A stretch of DNA of 64,000 nucleotides from Trichinella spiralis (Eukaryota): assembly GCF_000181795.1 (NCBI RefSeq), contig NW_003526941.1, positions 7,168,043 to 7,232,042 on the forward strand. The letters run 5' to 3'. Made by a program: the position numbers and the translations under genes. Positions 51,632-64,000 of this stretch are shown in pieces (positions within the stretch are counted from its first letter, which is position 1; each line of letters starts with the position of its first letter). The notes beneath the pieces were generated by a model, which worked only from the letters and a program-made list of their open reading frames with translations, was not told where the DNA came from and did not search any database.

Positions 51632-53539
51632 TTATCTTTTGAAGCGCATTTTTGGTAATCGTATTTTCGCTCTTGGTTTCTTCATGCGCATCTTCTTCGC
51701 TTTCCGTTTACGACCACCCTTTCCTCGTGCTTTCCACAAAAGTCCCTTCTTCTTTTTCTTGCTTTTAGACTTTTTACTCTTCTTCGATTTCTTCTTCTTC
51801 TTCTTGGAAGATTTCTTCTTTTTCTTTTTTGATTTCTTCTTTTTCTTTTTTGATTTCTTCTTTTTCTTTTTTGATTTTTTCTTTTTCTTTTTCGATTTCT
51901 TCTTTTTCTTTTTCGATTTCTTCTTTTTCTTCTTTTTCGATTTCTTTTTCTTCTTTTTCTTGGATTTCTTTTTCTTCTTTTTACTTTTCTTTTTCTTTTT
52001 CTTTTTCTTCTTTTTGTCTTTCTTTTTGTCATCATCATCGTCGTCGTCGTCGTCATCGTCATCATCATCGGTAGCACCACCACTTCCACCATCACCACCA
52101 CCACCACCACCACCATCACTACTACTGCTACTACTACTACTGCTACTACTAGTACCATCATCATCATCATCATCATCATCGTCGTCGTCGTCATCATCAT
52201 CATCACTATCCTCACTATCATCATCACTGTCATCATCGTCATCACTGTCATCACTATCATCTTTGTCGTCACTTGTAGTTGAAGGTGGTTGAAGAGCAAT
52301 ACCCCATTCTTCGTTGTCCACTTCCTTGTTATCTTCACCCAAATAAATTGATGCTGGATATCCACACCCTGACAAAATCCAACCAGGTGCCACTCCCGGA
52401 TGAGTAGGATCAGTGATCAAGTCTAATTGTAAGTAGTACCAGCTGCATATACTTGTAAACAAAAGGCGCCAAGATATGAAAATTATAATCTGAAAAGAAG
52501 TGGAAATTTGTAAACGAAAATTTAGATGTAATTAATTTTTTCTTGATTAACAAACAACAGTACTGCACTAAAAGCAATCGCTGCGAACACGTTCACTCCA
52601 AAACCCAGAAATCGTTTGTACTTGTCCATCAACTTCGAATAGCAGCCCTTTTCATGAAATCCTCCACTGAAGCGTTTGTAATCCAAATTTTGTCCAATGG
52701 CCATATTATAGCAGGATGATTCAGTTGTATTTCTTGCACAACACGACCAAGGGACGTAGCACGGTTCCTTGGGATTGCAACTGAACGTACCTTCACTAAA
52801 AGTATAAATTTTTTCCTTTTTAATTTCAAAGAAGAACAGATTTGAAATAATACAACAATAATCGAATGAAAAAGTCACTGACGAAACATTCAGCACTCTT
52901 CTGGTTGAGGTATGAAGAAGATACTTCGGCTGAAGCCAGTCTGTCCAATCAAAAATTCCACAGCATTCATATTCATATTGCATGTTGTCCAAATATTGGC
53001 GCAACTGTTTGTTCTCATTCTTGCGCCAGGTATCGTAATTGATCATCGCGTTGCTGATACCCGAAGCTAACGCTACGGTCATTTCTTGTGTAGCGAAAAC
53101 ATTTCCCGCAATAACTGCTCCGGACAATAAAATAACCAGCAATGTAAACAGTGAACCCAAGGAACACGTGGTGCCAACCTTCAAAAAGTAAAGTTGAAGC
53201 GAAAAGTATTCATATTATATTATTTCTTCATACTCTTTTCTCATTCCACCTTCCTCGAACAGAGCCATTGTTACTTGAACAAAACATTATAATCAAACTG
53301 TATCCAAAAACTGCACATGCCGATATGAAGTTGTATTTGATAGCTTTTCTAGAAGCAAAACTGTGGCTGTCGTCCGATTCAAGGATATGGGCAATTGTAG
53401 AAGAAAATTTTCTTCCCATAATATAGGCGGTCGACGCATAACCGAACGAAAGTATCATTACAAGTGCACAGCTAGCTGTGACTGATTTGGCAAGAAACTG
53501 CCTCCCAGTTTCAGTTAAATAGCATACTCCCACTACCAT
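51632..53539 (-). CDS. Peripherin-2/ROM1 (RDS)-like tetraspanin with a long acidic-then-basic low-complexity C-tail, 4 exons
   Basis: Four hydrophobic segments. EC2 has DNMQYEYECCG..DW.DW...YL, VPWSCC and EKGC. The post-TM4 LFTSI...PGWIL resembles RDS LQTS...GWLL. Exons 53539-53234, 53178-52888, about 52815-52552 and 52489-51632 splice in frame. Confidence 0.8.
51748..52270 (-). repeat. Coding low-complexity repeats: 21/24-nt tandem units (Ser-Lys6-7) plus (GAY)n, (AGY)n and (GGT)n triplet tracts
   Basis: Plus-strand units such as gatttcttctttttctttttt recur at 51831, 51852, 51873, 51894, 51915 and 51939, next to tca/tcg, cta and cca tracts. Confidence 0.95.
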
Positions 53540-53795
53540 CGTTGACGAAAGTCAGTCGCCATGCATCGTATCCAATGTTGAAATGAAGCAACAGTTCGTC
53601 AACGCACATTAAATGCAATTACAACTTTGAAATTTCTAAAATCACTTTACAACACAGGCGCCTACAGGAAAATTTATTTTAAACTAAGCGCGCCAATATT
53701 TTTAAACAAGTAAAACAAAACACAATGCTTCACCATCGTTATCAGATTTATTCATCAAATTTCAGAAATAAATTCGAATTTTTTTCATCTGTGAT

Positions 53796-54807
53796 TTATT
53801 TTGACTTTTTCGCCTTTATTTTTCGCAAATAGAATTCCAACTCTTTTCCCTCCAAAACGTAACCGTCCGCACGCCCAACTTGGCCAGGTCGAGATGTAAT
53901 GCAAGCTAAAATTGAATGAAATATGCATTATTAAAAAATTTGTTGTTTCTTTTTTCACCTACCTAGCAATCTTCCACTCTGAAATTGTTCTTCAAGTGCT
54001 GGCTCCACTTTGGCAGTAATGCGTCTTTTAGCTAACTTTTTTTCCGCTGCTTTGCTACGAGTAGCGTTGAAAATCGCTTCCTCTTGTTCAGTCTATACTT
54101 ATGATAACAATTAATTAACATACACAATACTGACCATTGAAATAAGTAGTATGTTGAACAGAAATGACAAAAAAACTCACCAATTTTGCTCCTTTCTTTC
54201 TGCCTATTGGCAATGCATAATGATTTTCATACCACTGCCTAAACGGTGTTGCGTCAATGACAACAATTGCGCTTTTGACGAGGGTTTTCGTGCGGACGAG
54301 TTCGTTATTACTCGCGTTGTAAACTACATCTATTATGCGAGTTTTTCGAGTACAGCCTGAAACAAATTATTAATTACTGTATGCACACATACATATCTAT
54401 GGTAAAACAAACACAACGCTACCTTCCGATCCCCAAGAGTAATTTCCTGTTTCGAGACGCAAAGCACGGTATTTTCTGTTTCCTCCTCGAACGCGTACAA
54501 TGTGGATTCGCTTGGAACCAAGCTAATCGAATATCACAAAATTAGTTTTTCACCAATAAGATAAAATGTCAAACATCAAAAGATTATCAAATATTGAAAA
54601 ACAAATGCTTAAAAAACTGTTCTAATCAATTCTTATACTTTTGTCATAGCTGGGGGACGACCTAATTCGTACTTTCGCTTCTTATGCAGTGGCTTTCGTT
54701 TACCACCAGTCTTCCTTCTTTTATGCCAATGATCACGAGAAATTCCTAATTACAAAAACAGTTTAATACAATACATATTTGAAAGTATACATATTCAACT
54801 TACCCAT
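53796..54807 (-). CDS. RPS8: 40S ribosomal protein S8 (eS8), 6 exons
   Basis: [60 protein letters not shown]...[17 protein letters not shown]...[22 protein letters not shown]. Confidence 0.98.
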
Positions 54808-55312
54808 TCTGAAGTTTCAGGTTCGATGTAATCACTCTGAAATATTCAACTGTTGATAATTAATATAACAATAATAACTTTGTCATTTTTAAAATCTACT
54901 CCATCCTAATGCCAAAAACTTATCAATTATATAGCGATTTTAGCAATACAATGTTTCACCATGTCATTTAAAAATAATATTGTGAACGGATAATTTTAAA
55001 TGAAATAATTATACAATTAACGGATAAAAATTTATTGCTCAATTACAAAAGAAAATGAAACTGAAAAACCAATCATTCTTAATGTTCCAACTACATGGCG
55101 TACTGTAGTTTAATTAAGTATTTGCAAGAAGTAATTTAATTTAAGCAATTTACAAGTAATTTACAAATGTAAAAATATTCTATATTATTAATTTTATTTT
55201 AAAATTGTATTTTAGACTTGTAAACTGAAAAATACAGTACAATAATAAGAAAGAATTGCTTTTATTATAAATTCTTTTTAACTGAACAACTAACGGCAAA
55301 CTGAATGGAATT

Positions 55313-57234
55313 CTATTTATTTTCACTTTTACAGAACACAAATTTATGAATGTTTTGCAAATAGCTATCTTCTAAAAAAGAATGATCGTTGTGTGACACA
55401 GGTTCTCGAATTTTCACCATAGAAATTAGCACACGGCCATAGGTTTTAGTCAGTAATTGCAAACTGGTGGAAACTATCTTCAAGCAGGGATGCTTAGGAA
55501 TTTGTGCTTCGTCAAATCTAAAATTATGAATAACGAATACAAGTTTTGCTAAAATTTGTGAACAACAAACTGATTTTTGCAAACAGGCAGCCAGTACACT
55601 AGATGTCCACCTTCAGTCAAACATGTAGCTGCAAAATTTAAAAGATCCAACACAAGGTCGTTCAGACAGTATTTTGCTTTCGATGGATAATGCACAGTTT
55701 CTGTGCTCCTATCTCTAAGAATTATTTTCAGATAAATTTATTCAATTCAAGAAAGTAACATTTTTCATACTTTAGTAACCAAAAATCAGGCAGTTGTTTC
55801 TGCTTAACTTTAGCACCCTTTTCACGAATTCCATATGGGGCTGAAAATTTAAATTTTGTTGAAAGTATTGATTAAATATACATTAAATATACGATCAGTC
55901 AAGATGCAGTCAAATCGTGCATGAGAAGTCCAAATGCTCGACTTGCTAGAATCAGCTACCAAAACATCCACGTATTTCGCTTCTAAACCATATTGCTTGA
56001 AATTTGCTCGAATGCATTCATCTGGATGGCGTGCACTAGCGGTACATCGGCTTGGTTTACCTACAATATTAAGTTATGCATAATATAAATACTACATTTA
56101 TGAACTAAAAAGGAGGTTACTTTTCCCATGCAAAACATTATAGTCAATTTCAACACCAACACAATAACCACCAAAATGGGCAGCTGGTAAAAGAATACTT
56201 CCTAAAAGTTATACATGCTCACAATATTTCTTAAGCTTTTCAGTTTTTACCGGAACCAACATAAGGATCTAAAACTAAATCGCCCGATTGAACTTCACCG
56301 ATGTTTGCCATTAAAAATGAAAGAACAGGATCCATTGAGGTATTACCAATAAAAATACGGTCTTTCAAATTGTATCGTGATACCACTTTATTCATGCCAA
56401 ATTTTATCTATAAAATATACTTGAGCCTTAGAACAAAATAGATAAACAATTAACAGAAGAATCATTGAATACTTTAACTAGAGTCACTATTTAAATGCAA
56501 ATTTTAAAACTTACCAAGCGCCCAAAAAAAATTTGCACTGGATTCTCAGGAGGAGGTAAGCCTGACAATTTTCCATAATCTTCGATAAGCATGAACTGAT
56601 TATCAGGATTGGTTAAGTCAACTTTGCCTTGTATATTTAAAAATGAAAGTTCCTGAAAAGGGATAATGAGATAGTTTAGTTGTCTTCACTCGGCAGTTGA
56701 AAATCATACTTCCATTCTCTTTTGCTTATATTCACCGGAAACTTTTTTTCCGAAACTATCCACAATAAATTTAAATGACTGTTCTCTATCAAAATATGGC
56801 TAAAACTTTTGCATTTAAGCAAAATGCATTCCACCAATTACTTTTGCATACTTTAAGTAAATGAATTTTCGAGCTTAAGTCTTTGTACAATTCTGAATAA
56901 GTGCTCGCCTGAGACCACAAAATACAACCATAACGTAAAAGAATACTTCGTGATAATAATTTCAAAACGTCGTCCATAGAAATAGATTCAACAATGCAAA
57001 ATGATGTCTGAAATCAGTGATGATAGCAAAACGAACTTTTCATGAAACAGAACAGCTTACAGATAAATTGTGTTTAATAACAGCATTTACTTTAAACATA
57101 TTTAGTAAAGCAGTGATTTCCTGAAATAATATAGAATTTACGACGTTTTTACAAAATGATACAACGCTTACCGCTTCACGAAACTGCGTGTAATGATGAG
57201 CAAAGCAAAGCAAACAACGATCTATTACCTTCAT
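55313..57234 (-). CDS. TRMT11: tRNA (guanine(10)-N2)-methyltransferase TRMT11
   Basis: CFAHHYTQFREA|E, SRSILLR, YNLKDRIFIGNTSMD, DPYVGS|GSILLPAAHFGG.CVG.EID, FDCILTD|PPYGIRE, GGHLVYWLP. Confidence 0.93.
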
Positions 57235-57744
57235 TCTTAAATTAATAATATATGAATAAAAATATAAAATTCTAGTCAAAATTACCTTGTAAATCATGTT
57301 AAGCAAAAAAATTACCCTTATACCTTAGATGAATAATATTAACAAATGTTTAAATGATTGTGTTAATACTTTTAAAAAAATCTTATTTTTATATAATTAC
57401 AATTTATAATATGATATTTCGATTAAATAATTTGTAATTTTCAAATTCTGGGACATTTCCATTTAATTTATCTTATTCATTTATACCAACTTGATTATAC
57501 AAATCCATTCACGAAGTACAGTATATTTGATTCGTAAGGTAACTGGTAAATGCAGTACAATATCGGGTAAGGCATTTTTTATTTGTTTTCAAATAATTGT
57601 TTAAAATTATATGTATAAATTTATAACATAAATATTAATTTTATCTTTATGTAAAAGGTATTGCTTTGCTGTAATATGCACAAGAAGTATATGGTCAAAT
57701 TTTGCTTGAAAATAGATTAAACATTTTATTTCAAAATTGAAATT

Positions 57745-60111
57745 TTACAAGATAATACACTTTTTAGAAGGATTCATCTTAGACCCAACTGGGCAGTTAA
57801 AGATTTCAGAAAACTGTGGATTGTTCATCAACGTGCCGAGGATACGGACAAAATACGGAGGATGTTCGTCTGCCAAGAATGCATAATGAAGTGCATTATC
57901 GTTGAATGGTATCAGACAAAACGATTGAGCAAAACTGATGAAAAAGATTTGTTCATCTGAAAACTGTTTCAGCCAAGGTAAGGTTTTATTATCATCAAAA
58001 TTAGTCGCGTGTTTTCTGTAAGCGTGGAAACTGATGCTCAGGCCTATGTTATCTGCGAAATTTTCATTTTTTGTCATTTCTCCATCTACACAAAACGTTT
58101 CCCAACTTTCCGCTGATGTGTAACAAAATTTATTGTACTGCTCAATAAGGCACTGTTGTTGATGATCAAAAAATTTCTCAGAGTAATTATTCTAAAATTA
58201 TAAATAAGCAATTAGCTCAATAAATAAGTGTAGACTCACTTTGTGAATTCCATTTGAATCGTACATCGTGCCAACTGAATCAAAAGCGTGCCCAATTTCA
58301 TGAGCAACGATAGTACCGAACGATCCATAATTGACTGCTTTCGGTAAATTGATGTTGAAAAACGGTGGACGAAGATTTGCTCCACCAATTTGAATTCTGT
58401 TCTTTGAAATTAAATAAGATGCATCGGTAGATAATGGCGACAATGGAATATCTACAGTTTCTGTCAACGATGACACTAAATTATTCATTTTCCATGTAGT
58501 AATTTTAGAATGCATAGTAAAAAAGGGCTCTGATGTGGAGATTTTCAACGGACCATCGATTAACTCTTCATAGTGGTGATCAATCCAAGTTTGATTTAAA
58601 ATTAATTTCGAATAAGCAATTTGAAATGACAGTTTCTTTATTTTTTCTGCAAGTTCTGCTTTTTTTCTCTTATTTAACCACTTAATTCGATCCACACGTT
58701 CCAAATAAGTACCAACAAGTGTGTTTACATATTGTTCGCATTCATTTTTTATTCGATTGATCAAAATATTGTTCGCGTACAAGCTACCGACGATCAAATC
58801 TTCAAATTGCAATTATTAAACAAGAAACTATGAATAAAGGTGAAAAATAATTTTACCTAAACCTGACAAATGTTCGCTTAAAATGTAGTTATCACAAAAT
58901 CTATTTCTGCTAAACGTTTGCTTTTTTTCTTCTTCAAGAATTTTATTATACTTGTCATCAAGGAATTCTATACGATTCAATACTAAAATCCACAATAAAT
59001 ATGCAATTATTGTCGAATTAGGTGTAGATTTTAATATTTTGTCCATATAAATGAAATATCCAGAATTTATGAGGAGAATTTGAAAACTCGAATTGGACAG
59101 CGAAGGAATGCGCAGGCCAAGGAAATAATCTGCCCAATTAAATGAGAAATTCATTTTCAGTAAATCTTTAATTTTTAAATCTTTTATAATTGTTGACTTA
59201 TTGTATGGTGTATTTTTGAATGATGAGCTCACTTTGAATAAGTTAAATTCAAAATCAATAATTGCGGCTAATTTGGAATTGACAAAAATTTCTGGCAAAA
59301 TTAAGCTCGTGTTCATTGCGTCATTTATCAAATTTTTTAAAATGTTTTTCATCATTGACAAATATGTATTTGCAATAGCTTGTTTTGTTCGTTTTGAAAG
59401 AATTGCTGTTGTGTGGAAAAATTTCAAATCAATTTCATTGAATGCTAAACGATTAATTGAGACGTTCTGTTCATCAGGTATAATATCCGGGCTGATCAGA
59501 TTGGCAATTCCATAACGTCGCCAAATATCTGCAATCGCATATTCAATGTTGATTTTATTTTGTCGGTTTATTTTCCAATCGCGAACAATTTCGTTGAGCA
59601 ATTGCACGAGCATTTTGGAGCCAAGTTGTGTAATCGCATTTTTGTTCCTGCATGCCATATTCACGGTATTTAATAAGACGGTAGATTTGTTTTTTTCTCT
59701 ATGCTGTTTAGTGGCAATGTTATTTAAAATTAAATTTGTATTCTTCATCATTTCCCTTTCATTGCTGTTTAAGTTCTTTTTTTTAAAAGTATAAATTTTT
59801 GACCAGTTCCCGCAAGCAAATCTAAACGCAAAGGAATAATTAACTGATAAGGTGATGATAAAACGCGTCAACGTTATCCGAGAGTAAATAGAATTGCATA
59901 AATCGAGAGCATTGCAGAAAGAATTCTTGTGCAAACCTTACCGATAAAAGTCATCACACGGGTGAACGTTGAAATTCATAAAACTTCTCATGATGAAGCT
60001 TATTCTCTTGCATTCATCATTTAAGCACATCTTGCTTTCTTTGTATGCAAAAATTATGTTTTTATAAACAAACAAAATCAAGATTAGGAAAATTCGCTTC
60101 ATAGAAAGCAT
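57745..60111 (-). CDS. Neprilysin-like M13 zinc metallopeptidase, probably secreted
   Basis: Signal-like N-terminus MLSMKRIFLILILFVY, C...C...PCDDFYR|FACGNW, NYGSFGTIVAHEIGHAFD (HExxH), ENFADNIG, HPP...R, F...FNCPVGSKMNP..KC. Confidence 0.93.
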
Positions 60112-61198
60112 GAATAAAAATGCAAATAAATGCAGCAGATTTAATAGTTGTGAAAGAGAATTTAATGAAAAGTTATATTTGAATGGTAAAAACTGGATTA
60201 ATTATGAAAGAGAACGTACAAATAAATAGTTTGTTTCTTGCTTTCCTCTAGGCTGTTTTGCCGATAGTTTTCTTTGATTTTATGTTTATGGCAAGTTTTT
60301 AAAAGCAACCGTTGTCAAATATTATATTTTTATTTATTGCTCATTAAATGAAATATTTGTTACAATGAACTTTGATGCTTTTGCATATGAAATTTTATCA
60401 ATTTTCCCGTGTTGAAATTCGTCATTATTTATTTTTATTTAATGAGAAGTGTAGCGATCAGACAGGTGATAAGATAAACGAGAAATATAATTCAAATAAA
60501 TAAGAAATGCATTTATATTTCATTTTTCATTGTATACTTGTTATTCGTCAATGACAAACTTACAGTGAAGGACAATTTTACATTTGTCAGAAGCATCAAT
60601 TTTGAAAAAATATTGCGAAAGCAAAATAATTGTAAAAATTATTTATTTGGCATGTCATAAATTGAAATTTCCAAATCAACTGTAGCATGCAAAAAATATG
60701 TTGACCTTCTAGATTGATTGCACGCATTTTTCTTTTTTACCTTATTTTTGATTTTCTGATAATGCTGATGGAAGGTCATTTGTTAAATTTAAAAAGTTTT
60801 AATATTTATATGTGTATTTTTTTTCTAAGAAAATTATAATCCATTATCATTTTGTGTACGATTGCAGCATTTTATAATTGAACATGAAGCACAGGAAGGC
60901 TAGCTATTATTTGATAGATGGAGAAGCAAACTTGAGAACTCAAAATTCAACATTCATTTTTTTATTAATTCTGAAAAATAAGGCAAACAAATGTACATCT
61001 GAAGAGAAAATTGAACGAACATTTGGGAAAAAAGTACAAGCATTATGCAACGAGTAAAAAGGCCACAAAGAAATGGCACAGCACAATGAAAAGAAATTAT
61101 ACAGACTTTTAATAAAACACACAAAGCAAACCAGCATCGAAAAATCAAAGCAATAACGAATTTCTTTTGCTTAACAGCATTAAGCAGTTGAACAGTAT

Positions 61199-64000
61199 CT
61201 AAGATGGTCCAGTGGCGTAGCACCCATAAATCGGTGGCTCATAGGCGTAGTCATAATTTCCAGAAGAATCACCAATTTGTCCCCAATAAGATTTTTGATG
61301 TTGCATTTGTTGTTGTCGATTGGGTTCGTTGGGAAATTCCATACAAGATGGTGTTGCATGCATTGTGCTGAAATAAGTCGGTCTTTGAGACTCTGCAATG
61401 CAAAACTGATTATTTTCAGATGATGGCTGCATAACAATGCCGCCGAAGTTGGCCGATGGTGGTGACGAATTTTGCATATGCCGTGGATGCGTGCCAGCAC
61501 CGGGACAAGAGTGGACAGTAACATTTCGACCAAATGTGTTTGTCGTATGTGGCATAACAGCATTGTTGAACGACGTATGCATTTGCATTGCAAACGGTGA
61601 GCACGGGTTATTGTTATCATTATTATTATTATTATTATTACCACCATTAGCAGTAGCAGTTGGATTAGTGGTGTTGTTGCTGCTGCTGTTGTTAAATATT
61701 GGCATAGAATAAGATGAATTAATTGTTTGACTAATCATGCAACTTTTTGTTGGTAATGGTTGATGACCATAAATGTCTGCTTGACTACGTGATTGTGAGC
61801 ACTGCATTGCATGTTGATGCTGCAACACGGAGCAAAAAGGTATATGTGAACCTGGAGATGGAGATTCTTGCATCTGTGCCATCGGAGAATCGACTGAAGC
61901 ATCCGTGCCCGGAGAACTGCCTGATCCAACGCCAGAATCCGTTGGACTGAAGCAAACACCGTCAACTGCACTGTTTGTATTGCTGATTTTTCCATTATTG
62001 CCAAACAAAGTTGCACAAGATTGCAAACCGTTATTTTCAACTTTGTAAGTTGTATTATAATTGATTGGTCTGGGACTTCTTTCTTTAACTGATCGACTTC
62101 GTTTCGGTAAAGCAGCTTTTGGTTTCGATTTGCGCATCATTGTTGCTGGTATTATCCTTGGCCCTTGGAAACTGTCCATCAAAGATAGCATTCCTACCAA
62201 TCCTCGCTCTTCAGCTACGTGACGTGGGCGACGATCCATTTGGTCAGCTAATTCTTTGTCAGCACCTATTTCAAGCAAATAACGCACCATTTCTTGCTGA
62301 TTTTCACGAACAGCAAGAAACAGTGGCGTACGGTCTTTCAAATCTTGAACATTACATTCAGCACCATGCTGTAACAACAATCTCATAAATGGTATATTTC
62401 CATTCGAAGCTGCCCAATGTACAGCAGTTAAACCTTAAAATAAGAAGAAATCATAATAAATTATTTGGAATTTACATTTTATGACTTCTGATAAAAAATA
62501 CCTTGATTGTCAGCACTGAGTACACTAGCGTCATGCCTTAATAGCATATTTCCAATAGTCACATCACAACCGGTACTGATTTTAGCTTCCAACAGAAGTG
62601 CAGTACAACCTTCATCATTTTTTTGCTCTAAATCGGTTCTAGCATCGTTGAGAAGAATTTCCACTATTCTACTGTTTCGTGCCATGATCGCGTGGTGCAA
62701 AGCGGTGTTGCCTTTGAAATCGCCGATAGTGGGGCTGCTTCCACACTGAAGCATGTGAGATACGGCTTGAACACGTGAAAAACGAACTGCTAACATCAGA
62801 GCAGTTTGTTTGTACACTTCCGTTTGGGCGTTCAAATCGGCACCTTCTTCCACTAACTGCTGCAAACACTCCAGTTGTTGTTCTTCGCTTTCGAAAGGCT
62901 GGTAAGCGGCTAACATCAACGGTGTTTCGTTGTCTGGTCCAAGAGCGTTCACGTCACCCAAATCTGATGTTCCAGCTTTGCCATTTAAAATAGCCTTATG
63001 ACGTGCCGACCAGTTTCGAGGTTCTTCAGCAACAGCATCTAACTGTTGCTGCTGCTGTTTATTCGAAAGTGGTAGCATTTCTGAATTTGGTGTTGCAGTT
63101 TGTGAGCGTAAATAAGTGCTGTACGTATCTGCTTCAGACCAACGAGTTGTACAATCGTTCGTCGGATTCCAGTCGAGATATTTATTCATTGAATTCAGCT
63201 GATGGTGATCAACCGCTGCTGCCAGTGAAGGAGGTGATTTCCAATTGGACTGATATGGATCCGTATCGTAGTACTTTTTCGGCTTTTTCAGAGCCATCAG
63301 ATGATGTTCGTCAGTTGTATAATTGTTCTGCTCGACAAATTCAGACTTTTTACCCAAGTTTGTTTCAAATTGCAATTTAGCATCTCGAACTTGGTGTTCG
63401 TGTTGATCTGAGCCGCCGAAACCGGGAATCCAAACCGGGGCTCGAACACGTTTTCGAAGTAATACGGTGGCCGAAAGAAAGATCAGCGCCGCTGAACACA
63501 TGAACGTAATCAAAGCGATCATCCAATTTTGTAGTTTTTTATTTTCAGGTGGAGATATTTTCCCATTAGCTGAATAGACATCCCATCCGAGTTCTGATTT
63601 CAACGCTTCACGTGCAGTAGCTGCACCAAGAAAATCCGCTACCTAAATTGATCGATCATTAATTAAATCACAACATCAAGAAGAAGAGAGAAAGAAAAAG
63701 AAATATTTGTTTACCGTCAATACGTTGGTAAAACATTCTTCACCAGCTTGCTGACTACATGCGGTCACATCAATAACGAGAACAACCAAAGTACCGTGTA
63801 TAATTGGTGATGGATGTTCATAATCGACACCGGCATCGCGTTTTTGTCTTCTGCTGTTATCATTTTTGTTGTAATCGACTTTCAGTTTTGCATTATAGGT
63901 AAAAACAGGTAATGGCTTATTGTTTTTATCTTTCTCAATGCCACTTTTTGAATTCCACCTGTAAATCATGGGTGAACCGTGTTCATCGAGCTTCACTTGT
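61199..64000 (-). CDS. Notch (LIN-12/GLP-1 family) receptor, 3' part: HD domain, TM, RAM, ankyrin repeats, S/Q/N-rich tail
   Basis: Furin-type site RRQKR in the HD region, C......CF, a TM segment followed by RKRVRAPVWIP (RAM WxP), several ankyrin repeats (GPDNETPLMLAA, TALMLA, GNTALHHA, TPLFLA) and a low-complexity C-terminus. The 5' end lies outside the window. Confidence 0.93.

Noticed and set aside
51639..52365. Poly-Phe/Ser/Leu and poly-Met/Arg ORFs
   Set aside because: Alternative-frame or antisense readings of the Lys/Asp repeat tail of the tetraspanin.

Overview
AT-rich, gene-dense eukaryotic DNA with short GT-AG introns (mostly 45-90 nt). It is most consistent with a clade I parasitic nematode such as Trichinella, which is an inference from composition, intron size and protein style, not a database result. 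About 23 spliced protein-coding genes were reconstructed by hand: Mpv17-like (partial), cdc-42, USP22-like, MKRN2OS-like, mcm-7, a small secreted prepropeptide, cohesin SA/STAG, a coiled-coil orphan, NADP-IDH, an intron-containing piggyBac-derived gene, a tartan/capricious-like LRR receptor, LACTB2, TSEN2, AASDHPPT, RPS15A, a catalytically dead carboxylesterase-fold membrane protein, TFIP11, RPL35, a peripherin-2/ROM1-like tetraspanin, RPS8, TRMT11, a secreted neprilysin and the 3' half of a Notch receptor. Points worth following up: (1) an unannotated, densely base-paired ~530-nt non-coding island ending in T8 (33.6-34.1 kb), a candidate Pol III structured RNA; (2) a peripherin-like tetraspanin with a poly-Asp then poly-Lys tail; (3) a domesticated, catalytically degenerate piggyBac transposase with 6 introns and an acidic tail; (4) a Tyr/Gly/Pro-rich secreted peptide precursor with a KRR site; (5) operon-like gene spacing and intronic snoRNA candidates. 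Exon boundaries and RNA helices were read by eye. No searches or folding programs were run.
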